Origin: Candidatus Thorarchaeota archaeon
GTDB taxonomy: Archaea; Asgardarchaeota; Thorarchaeia; Thorarchaeales; Thorarchaeaceae
Assembly: GCA_048882385.1 (NCBI GenBank)
Contig: JBHLRQ010000017.1
Coordinates: 1-42,366, forward strand
DNA: 42,366 nt
Direction: 5' to 3'
Shown here: positions 1 through 12,000 of the stretch, piece after piece
Position numbering within the stretch: position 1 is the first letter of the stretch
How the letters are laid out: each line of letters starts with the position of its first letter
Notes under the pieces: model-generated
Databases searched by the model: none
What the model was told of the DNA's origin: nothing
The model's input: only the letters and a program-made list of their open reading frames with translations
Program-made: the position numbers and the translations under genes

Positions 1-3000
1 ACATTCACAATACGATTCAAAGGAGGACTTGAAACTGGGGATTCAACTATGTCGCAATGGTCTATAGACGCCACACTATTAAGTACTTGGAATAATATTC
101 CATCAATCGATGCCCAACCTATGATTTCCAATATTGATGATGGAAGCTTCATGTATGCCCGAGCTAGGGACTATCTCATAACTGCAAATGTATCTGATCA
201 AGATGGATTTGCAGATATCCAGAATGTCCGTTTCTCCCTTTATTCTGATGACAGACTCTCCTTGTACTGGAGTGTCGAGTACGATGAAAATACAGATTCA
301 TTTGATGAATATGAAGACTCATTCGATTACATCACTTTGGATACGATTGCGTCAGATTCACTGAAAGTTGGAAACGATATCGACATTACATTTCATATAG
401 CAATTGAATGGAATCATCCAGATATCACTGGAACTGATGTGCAGTGTATTGTTGTCGATAGTAAGTCAGAGAATAGCACGAATTGGTATGAAGTAAATTG
501 GGATATTGAAACCCGTCTGGATATCACTGGCATAAATACTGATGACAATCTCGGCACAGTTGATAGAGGAAGTTTAGATGGTCTATTTTTCACAAGTGGT
601 ACTGTTACATACTATGGTTCAACACTCAATCCACCTACAGATGAAATTGATGTCTGGGTATCAAGTTCAGAGTATGGGACGACAACTGGACCTTGGATTG
701 ACTCTACACTCATATCTGGTCTCTTTAATGTGTCATGCTTTGCAGACGACGAAGTAGGCATAGACACATTGACAGTAAAGGTTGTTGAAGAGGGAACAGG
801 ATCTGGGGGATCGGACCTTCTCCAAACGAGTGTGGTTGATACATACATATCTGACTGCATTGAATTTTATGAGTCTGGAGTCGACGATTCAAGAATAGAT
901 GTTGATACAGTGGGACTTACTTCGTGGAGTGCACGGTATCAGTACGATTCCCTTTCAATCTCTAGTGGATTGACAGCAAGCTTGAACGGCTCGAAAGTGC
1001 TCTCTTGGAATGGTTCTCATTGGATATTTCAAGAGAGCAAAAGCATTGTACAAAAAGTAGGATACTCTATTGAATCAGCTGTAGAGGATTCACATGGAAT
1101 TAGTAAATGGACACAGACAGCAGCTAATACTACTATCATCTGGGATCGCATTCTAATTTTAACTACCTCTACTCAAAACGGAAGAATAGATTATGGAACA
1201 TCTGCTGATATAAGAGTCACAGCAGAATTGGAATTTGATGGGCATCCCCTTGGAATTGAAGATTCTCTCAACATGAATGATACAGTTATGATATGGGTCG
1301 GTTTATACTACCAATTTCAACCTCAGTTCTTTCAGGTGGGACTATGGGTATTTTTTGTCAATGCAAGCGGAGCTGAGGAACTCACCTATGGAATTACTGC
1401 GATCTCGACTAGTGGGAATCAAATAGATCAAATCTGGGATCGCATCCAGATTCTGACTACCGCTGCTACTGATGGCAGAATTGACTATGGTACTAGTACT
1501 ACTATCAACGTGACAGCTCAACTTGAGTTTGACGGAACTCCATTGGGCAATGAAGATACACTACGAATGAATGATACAGCTATGATATGGGATACAGATC
1601 ATTTCTATTTGGCAACTGGTGCATACTCCATGGTTGGCTTGCTGAATTATTTTGTGAACACAACTGGTGCTCTTGAAACATCCTTTGGAATTACTGTTGT
1701 GGACCCCAATTCAATCGGCTCGAGTGTGATTTGGGATCGTATACTAATCACATCAACTATTTCGCAAGATACTAGAATAGACATCGGATCATTAGCAGAC
1801 CTAAGAATTACAGCTATGCTAGAATACGACGGGCATCTTCTAGGATTCGGTGATACGCTCTTAATGAATAACACAGCTACAACATGGATAAATCCATACT
1901 TCAGATTACAACCACAATTCTTCAAAGTGGGTCTATGGAGGTTCTATGTGAATTCCACAGGTGCGATGGAAAATACATTTCAAATAACTGTAGTCAATCT
2001 TGGTGGTCTCTATATTGATCAAATCTGGGACCGAATAGTTGTCCTTACAACTTCTACTCAAGATGATCGAATTGATTTCGGAACAGCCGCAGACATTAGA
2101 GTCACTGCAAGACTTCAATATGACAACCATCCTCTGGATTCTGTCGATACTTTGTATATGAATGACACTTCAATGGCATGGGTCAGTTCATACTTCCTAC
2201 TGCAACCTCAATTCTCAATGGTTGACAGTTGGTTGTTCTTTGTAAATTCTTCAAACGCCTTTGAAGCAACCTATGGAATCTCTGTCGTGTATCTTGATGG
2301 AAACAGTGTGATTCAGATATGGGATAGAATTGAGTTTTATCAGAGTGGTGTGGTTGACGATCGCATTGATGTTGATGATACTGGAGTCGTCTATTGGAAT
2401 GCCAGATACGAGTATGATGGATTTGAAATAACAGATGGCATTCTAACCGCAGCACTCAATGGCTCAAAAGCTCTTATGTGGAATTCAGTTAATCTCCGTT
2501 GGGAGTACTCTGAGTCGAGGAGCTTTGTGCAACTTATCGGGTATGAAATATCGTCCGCGTCAGAAACAACGTATGGTCTCTCATCTTGGGTCCAGAATGC
2601 GGATAATCAGTCAGTAATCTGGGACCAGATTGAGTTTTACTCAGCTGGAACGGTTGATGGCAGAATCAATATCAACACAGTTGGTACAACTTGGTGGAGG
2701 GCACGGTACGCATATGATAATGTTGAGATTACATCGAGTTTGAGCGCCATACTTAATGGTACTAAGATACTCTCTTGGAATGGAGTATCAGCATGGTGGG
2801 AATATGGAGAATCTTACTCGGCAGTTCAATCCATGGGTTACGGTCTGGCGAGCGCTTCTGAGTCTCTATATAGTTTAACGGAGTTTATCCAACTTGCTGC
2901 AAATACAAGCATCATTTGGGACAAAATAACTGTCCAGTCAACTACTGTTGACAATAGCCACCTCAATGTTGGCGGAACCGCACAAATTCGAGTGACACTC

Positions 3001-6000
3001 TGGCTTGAGTATGATCATTCGTTCCTCGGAAGCGGAGACACTGTTTTGGTTAATAGCACCGATATGATATGGGATGAAGGTAATAGTTGGTTCACTCTTG
3101 ATGTTTCATTCACAACTGTTGGAAAATGGACCTTCTTTGTAAATTCGAGTCTTGAATCCACAAGTGGAATTAGTGAGGTTGACAGAAATTCACAAAGCAT
3201 TGATGTGATTTGGGACAGAATCCTCATCCTCTCAATCTCAGCAGATGACTCAAGAGTGAATATCGGTGATACTGTTGAGTTGAATATAACTGCCAAATTA
3301 GAATATACTGGGAGCGGTGACCACTTCTTAGGTTTGGGAGATACGCTATATATGGGTGGAGTAGCAATGACTTGGAGTATTCCAAACAACTGCTTTGTCT
3401 ATAGTACTTCTCAATCCTCTGTGGGTCTTTGGGAATATTATGTCAATTCTTCGAACGCTTATGAGGCAAATTATGGCATATCAGTAGTAAACCTAGATTC
3501 GCATATCCAGGATGTTGTGTGGGATCAGCTGGTTATCGATATTCAGGCAGATGTTGAGTATACGCTAAACAACCAACAGGTTAACTTCACTCTAAGTGTC
3601 ACCTATGATTATGATCAAAGTATTTGCACAACCTATGAGATATTGATTGCTAGGAACAATACCGATTGGTTTACATTTGACTTTCTGAATAGAACGCGTT
3701 TCAATGATACAAATTCAGATGTGTTATATCAATACAACGCATCATCAGTACTATCCGAAACGATGTATGGCATCATCTTGTATATAACAAATACAGAAAC
3801 TGTCAATTGGACAGATTACATCCCGATAGTACCTGTCAATGAAGCTCCTCCAAATCTCCTCAATCCTGATGATACAGACAACATGTACGCACGACTTCGA
3901 TATTATATGATAACGACCAATGTTTCGGATGAAAATGGTTTCCAAGATATTCGGCTAGTGTCATTACTTCTCTTCAGCGATGATAGAGCTACAAACTATT
4001 GGACTGTGATATTCACTACAACAAATTCCTCATTCTCTATCAAGAACGGTTCATCTTACATTTCTCTTGGATCATGCACATTTGAACAAGGAGGGACGTG
4101 GTTGAATATTACTTGGTACATCAAAATCTCTTGGAATCATCCAAACCTTGTAGATATTGATATGAAACAATATGTCAGCAACACATTCACAACGGCAAGT
4201 GATTGGTACGAGTCTAATTGGGACGTAGAAACGCGGTTAGATTACTCATCAATCCCATTCTTGAGTTCAACACGAGGGGACGTTAATACAAACAGCTTGG
4301 TAGCTCAAGGGGTGATTGTCTATTACGCATCCACTCTATATCCGTTGACCAACGAAACAGATTTTTGGATTATTCATGATGTATCAGGATCTTGGCTTGG
4401 AGAGGTGGATGGCTTCGGAAACCTCCTAATTACTGCAATTGGTTCTTCAGCATCGGTTAGAGTAAATACCTACACATTCAAGATGGTAGCACAAGGAGAT
4501 GGATCCTCGGGAAGTGATCTATACTATGATACATCACCCACAGACACATTCATCACTGACCGAATAGAGTTCTATATTTCCGGAGTCGATGATGGTAGAA
4601 TAGATGTTGGAGAAATAGGAACCACATACTGGACAGCAAGATATGACTACGATGATGTAGTGCTATCATCTGGACTCACAGCGTTCCTTACGGGATCAAA
4701 ATCACTCAGTTGGAATGGGACGCATTGGGTCTATTCAGAAGCCAGAGCAGGAATCGAGCTTCAGCAATACGGAATACTCTCCGCTTCTGAAACATTGTAT
4801 GGATTAACTACATGGATCCAAGCAACTTCAGATGCATCAATTATCTGGGATCGTATATTGATAACTTCAACAACAGCAAATGACAACAGGGTCAACATCA
4901 ATTCTAATGTCGAGCTTTATGTCACAGCCCAACTGGAATATGACGGTCATCTACTTGAATCACTAGATACACTCTTTATGGATGACCTTCAGATGATATG
5001 GGATGGAGGGAATCTTCGATTCGATCTAGTGAGGACACAGGGATCAGTAGGCTCTTGGAGATTCTTCGTTAACATATCTAATGCATTAGAATCAACTTTC
5101 GGCATTACAGTTGTCAATCAAGATGGGAAGTTCCAAGATATTATCTGGGACAGAATATCAGTACAAATGACTTCTCCTGATGATAACAGAGTCAATGTCA
5201 ATGACATTGTCCAAGTCCGTGTTTCCCTTAAGCTGGAGTATGACAACACCTACTTGGGTTCAGGAGATACTGTTATTCTTGCAGATCAGGTTATGTCTTG
5301 GGATGAGAGTAACTCGTGGTTCGAATTAGATGTGTCAAATTCAGATGTTGGATTATGGACATTTTATGTCAATTCCAGTAGCATGACTGCCTATGGAATA
5401 ACTGAGCTGTTTCTGAATAACACTCAGACAGATGTTGTTTGGGATAGGATTAGAATACTTTCCACATCCGCAGAAGATAATCGCATTGATTATGGTACAT
5501 CGACCACTATTTCTGTAACTGCTGAACTTGAATACGATGGTTTCCTTCTCGGTTTAGGAGATGCCCTTTACATCAATGATACTCAGATGACCTGGAGTAC
5601 CGATCACTTTGAGTCGGTCACTGGAACTTACTCGATGATTGGACAAATCACATATTTTGTCAATATCTCGAGTGCACTTGAATCAACATATGGTATCTCT
5701 TTGGTCAATCTCAACAATCAAGCATCTGTGGTCATATGGGATCGTATCAGGATTGTAACTACAACAACTGTAGATGGACGAATAGACTTTGGAACTGCAG
5801 CAGATATCCGTGTTACTGCTCTTCTCGAATATGATAGCCATCCCTTAGTGTCTGGTGATGTTCTGTATATGGATGGTCAGGTCATGAGCTGGGTTTCCAC
5901 ATATTTTCAATATCAACCAATCAGGAACGAGGTAGGTTCATGGATATATTTCGTTAACTCATCCAATGCCCTTGAGGCAACATATGGAATTTCTGTGGTG

Positions 6001-9000
6001 AACCTGGATAGTAAAATGATAGAACAGATATGGGACAGAATTCTAATCATCACAACAACCACTCAAGATGGGCGAATAAATTATGGTGCCCAAGCAGATA
6101 TTCGAGTCACAGCACAACTCGAGTTTGATGGCCATCCACTTAGTGCAGATGACACACTCTACATGAATGGCACTCAGATGACATGGGTCAGTTCATATTT
6201 CCAGTTACAGCCTCAGTTTACATATGTAGGCAAATGGGCATTCTTTGTTAATAGTTCAAACGCACTCGAGGACACATATGGTATTTCATACATTAATCGA
6301 GCAGGAAATATGGTAGAACAAATATGGGACCGCATTCAAATCTCGACCACTATTGCAGATGACAATAGAGTCGATCTTGGAACTGTAGTGACAATTTCTG
6401 TCACAGCGCAACTCGAATTTGATAGTCACTCTCTTGGAGATAGTGATACAGTATATCTTGACAACACGCAAATGAGCTGGAACATTGATCATTTCGAATA
6501 TCAAACCTCCAAATTAGCAGTAGGTTTATGGAGGTATTATGTCAATTCTTCTCTCGCAAGTGAGATCACATATGGAATTACATCTATGAACCCCTCAATA
6601 ATTTGGACAGATGTTGTCTGGGATCGAATTTTCATTCTAACTGCAACCACCTCAGATGACCGTCTCGATTTTGGTGCATATGCTACAATATCAGTTATAG
6701 CTTTGTTAGAGTATGATAACCACCCTCTTGGATCAGCTGATGTACTGTACATGGACAATACAGGAATGACTTGGAACATAGACCATTTCGAATATCAAAC
6801 CTCCAAATCAGAGATTGGTTTGTGGCGGTATTTCGTGAATAGTTCCAATGCTCTAGAATCCAGTTATGGAATCACACTTCTTAACCTGAATTCAAACTTC
6901 AATGATATTATCTGGGACCGTATTGAATTCTACCAGTCAGGCGTTTTGGATGGACGAGTTGATGTCAATTCAATTGGTGAAACTTGGTGGAGAGCACGCT
7001 ATGAGTATGATGGCATTGAGATAGACGATACCAAAGGGTTCTCTGCTCTGCTTAATGGTTCGAAGACCTTACTATGGGACAGTGTTTCAGTTCGATGGAG
7101 GTATCAAGAAAGTTCTGTGAGTGTTCAAAAAATCGGATATAAGATATTTTCAGCTTCTGAATCGGTTTATGATCTTACGCAATGGATTGTTACATCAACA
7201 AACACCTCAATCATTTGGGATCAGATACTTGTCATAGCATACTCCGCAGACGATTATAGGATTGATATAGACACTGCATCGTCTTGCCAAGTCACAATAA
7301 TCTTTGATTTCGATGACTCCTTTGTAAGCGATGGCACAATTTCGATTAATGGAATTAGTGCGGCTTACTCGGGTTCAAATGGTGTTTGGAACTTTGATGA
7401 AATAAAAAGTGTAGCTCAGCTGGTCACATATAATACGGTTGCAGCATCTTCGAATGTCCACGGAATAACTGCAGTGAACCAAAACTCTCAGACACTGATT
7501 ATTGTTTGGGATTCCTTAACAATCACAATCACAGTAACTGATAGTAGAATTGATGTAGAAACAATTGCGACAATCGTGCCAACTGCTGTCTATGACTACG
7601 ATGGTTCTTCATACGATGGAACTCTTCAACTAAACGATACAATCTTTCAACAAGACACACCTAGCTATCGAGGTTATACAGTTCAATCAGCTTCTGGCGA
7701 TTCTCACGGAATCTCAGTAATTAGACAAAATATGGAAGTTAGTTGTATTTGGGACTCTCTTACCGTTACAATTACTGTGGTTGATTCACGAATTAATGTA
7801 GGTGCTACTGCATCTATATCTGCAACAGCTGTCTATAATTTCGATAACACGCCTTTTGATGGTACATTATCTCTTAACGACACGACTCTCCAACAGGTAT
7901 CTGTTGGTGCTAGAGCCTATAAAGTAGATTCAGCAAGCGGCGACACCCATGGAATCACTGTGATAGGTAACAATGATGTGAAAGTAGTAATCTGGGATAG
8001 ACTACGAGTTCTTAGTTACTCAGTAACTGATGCAAGGTGCGATTTAGGTTCCATTCAAGAAGTCACAGCTCTCATAATAAGGGAATATGACAGTGTCTTG
8101 TTCACAGGAACCATGGGGGCAGTATTCCTAAATGGATCAGCCATGTCTTGGGATTCCGTTGACCTCAGGTGGACCCAACTCAGAACATCCAGCATCGTGT
8201 CACGACTGACTTTCAGGGTTAATGTAATTACAGATTCGCAATATGGAATAAGTGCAATAAACACACCATCTGGTCCCTCAATAATCTGGGATGCCCTTTC
8301 CGTTTCAATCTCAGTGTCGGATAACAGGATAAACATTGGAGATTCAGCGTCCATCATTCCTGAAGCGACATATCTCTACGATGGTGCAACATATGATGGT
8401 ACTCTCATCCTGAATCACACTGTATTCATGTATGATACCGCACAACGACGCAACTATACAGTCAACTCTGCAGTCGGAGATGATAGTTATGGCGTTACAG
8501 TTATTGAGATCAACGACGAGGTGTTCTGTATTTGGGATAGCATTACCATCTTGATAAATGGACCATCAGATAAAAGGATTGATGTGAATACTAATGCATC
8601 AGGGATTGTCGTGAGTGCGATATACGACTACGATAGTACTGATTACGATGGTTCACTTGTTCTGAATGATACTGTATTCAGCTATAGTTTTGCACAAAAA
8701 CGAGGATACAAAGTGTTATTTGCTGTGGGGGATGACTCTTTTGGAATCACAGCTATAAGACAAAATTCAGAAACGTATTGCATCTGGGATTCACTCAGTA
8801 TCTCTATTACAGATCCAATTGATCAGAGAATAAACATAGGTGAAAATGCATCAGGGATTGTGGTTAGCGCCACATATGATTTTGATGGAATGCTCTATGA
8901 TGGAACACTAGTCTTGAATGATACCCAGTTTCTATACTCAATAGTGGGCAAACGTGGATATAGGGTTCTGATAGCAAGTGGTGATGATTCCTATGGTATT

Positions 9001-12000
9001 ACTGCAATATCAAGCTTTGATGACACATTCTGCATATGGGACCAGCTTAGAATTGAAATCCTAGTAGATGGTGCATCAATATACAATGGACAACAAGCAA
9101 ACTTCACAGTAACCGTTAGATATGATTACGATTTCACCTTCTGTACGACTTATGAATTAGTAATAGCACGAAACCTAACAGTTTGGAATGTATTCACTAA
9201 TTCTAACAAGACACTCTTTAAAGACATCAATTCAGATGCAGTCTATTATTATAATGCCTCATATGTCAACTATGAAACTCAATATGGAATTACCGCCTTC
9301 TTCACCACTACTCAAAAGGTGACTTGGTCTGAAGCTCCTAATCAGGTCCCGATCAATATCACCGACTTCCCAGATATGCTTGAGAATCCTGATGATTCAG
9401 ACAACCTGTATGCAATGTATAAGTTCTATGTGATAACGACCAATGTTAGTGATGGAAATGGATATGGTGAAATCGAGTACGTGGAGATCTCCTTATATGA
9501 CAACTTCCGAACCCAAGCAGTTTGGACTATTAGGTACACTGTAATAACGGACACATTTACAATCGAAATAGGAACAGATTCCATTATTCTAGCTTCAGGG
9601 TCTTCGGCTGTGGGAGTTGGAAATCAGCTTGAAATAAAATGGATTATCAAGATAACATGGGATCACCTGGATTTGACAGATATTGACATGATGCAATTTG
9701 TAACAGATGGGATTGATACCGACGAAGATTTCTACGAAGTGAATTGGGATGTTGAAACCCGTCTTGAAATTACTAATCTTACTATTTCAGATGGATTTGG
9801 TACAGACAACAGAGGCGAACTTGATGGAAGCATAACAGTGACTGGAACACTTGTATACCTCGGGTCTGGAGATGATTACCCACTATCAAATGAAACTGAC
9901 GTTTGGGTGTCGAGCTCCCAATATGGGTCCTTTGTAGGACCTTGGAGCGATCTTACGTTGCTTTCTGGTCAATTCAGCTTGACAGTGTATGCAGACGATA
10001 CAGTAGGCCAAGATATCTTAACGATCATAGCTGTTGAAGAAGACTCAGGCAGTGGCGGCGAGGATCTTCTATCCATTCCTAGTCAGAGTTCATACATTGT
10101 CGATAACATTTTGGTTCAATCATATTCAGCTGATGACTCTAGAGTCAATATCAATGATATTTTGAATCTGGATGTAACACTTACATATGCGTATGATTTG
10201 AGTCCAGTTTTGGATGGATCAGTAACAGTCAACTCCATTGTTGCGACTCATATAGGTAGTGGAATCTGGAGAATATCTGTGTCTAGTTCATTTGTACAAG
10301 AGATAATCTACAATACAATCGCATATACTGGTGGCGCTCACGGTCTAACTCAAGTTAATCAAAATGGGAAGTTTCAGAATATCATCTGGGATAGTCTTAC
10401 AATAGCAATTACTGATCCGATTGATAACAGAATCAACATCTTTGAGAATGCATCGGGAATAGTTGTTTCAGCAACCTATGATTTCGACAACGCAGCTTAC
10501 GATGGGAGTCTTGTTTTGAACAATACAGTCTTCAGCTATGACTCAGCTCGAAAAGAGGGATACAAAGTCCTTTTCGCCTCTGGAGATGACTCCTATGGAA
10601 TCACTGTAATAAGACTTAACGCAGAAACCTTTTGCATTTGGGATTCATTGACAATCTCGATATCTGATCCGTATGATCAAAGAGTAAACATTGATACTAA
10701 CGCTTCGGGCATTGTTGTTACTGCAGTATATGATTATGATAACTCACCATTTGATGGTACACTTACTCTTAACAACACCCAGTTTACTAGTGCAATCACA
10801 CAGAGAATTTCATATGGAATACAGAGTGTTTCAGGGGGAATCCATGGAATTTCTGCAATTTCGAGCGATGATGAAACATACTGCATTTGGGATGGCATCA
10901 TCATCTCAATAACGAACCCATCAAATCAAAGAATCAATGTGAACCAAAATGCCTCAGGAATTGTTGTCACTGCATGGTATGATTATGACTATTTGATATA
11001 TGATGGAACGATAACACTTAATGAAACGTCCTTTGTTTCAACAGATGTTACTAAGAGAGGCTATACAGTTCTTAATGCAGTGGGTGATGATTCTCACGGA
11101 ATCACGTATATCCTTTCAAATTCTGAAACTTGGTGCATATGGGACCAGATAACTGTTCTTTCATATCAAGCAAGTGATTCCAGAGACAACGTTGGGGATT
11201 ATATCTGGGTCGATGTGAACTTGAAGTACGAATATGATGATACACCAGTTGACGATGGATTTGTGACCATAAACGGATTCATCTTTCAACATATTGCAGG
11301 AGGTGTCTGGAGACACAACCGATCAGAATCAATTGTTTCAGATATCATATTTGACTCAGTTTCTTGTTCTGACAACATTTATGGAATTCAAGAAGTGAAT
11401 CAAAACTCTCAATCTCAAGTGATCATATGGGATATGATCGCGGTGTCAATCTCGGTTGATGATAGACGCATAGATGTTGGAAGCACAGCCTCAATCCAAA
11501 TGAGTGCAACTTACGTTTACGATGGAGAGCTCTTTGATGGTATTCTGACTCTTAACGATACGGTCATCCTGCATCAAGACGTTGGTCGATGGAACTATAC
11601 AATAATTTCAGCATCTGGAGATTCATATGGAATATCTTTGATAGGTTCAAACGATGAAGATTATGTGATATGGGATAGGCTGCGTATTGTTTCGTACTCT
11701 ATTGACATGGATGACAGTCGCATCAATGTAGATGAAGTTCAGAACGTGTATGTTGAAGTAATCTATGAATATGACTCAATCGTCTTTCAGGGTATTTTTG
11801 GTTTCGTCTATATGAATGGGTCAGCAATGACTTGGGATCCCGGGAATCAATATTGGTACCGTAGTTATTCGTATAGTAGTCCAGTGGGTAATGTCTTTCA
11901 AGTTTCAGAGATTACAGATTTAATCTATGGATTAACTGTCGTAGTTGAAGATGTCAGTCCAAAGTTCATCATCTGGGATAAGTTAAACGTTGTAATTGAA

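Noticed and set aside
49-51. ATG at 49 as the start of the giant protein
   Set aside because: The frame is open to base 1 and no signal peptide follows, so the gene very likely begins upstream of the window.
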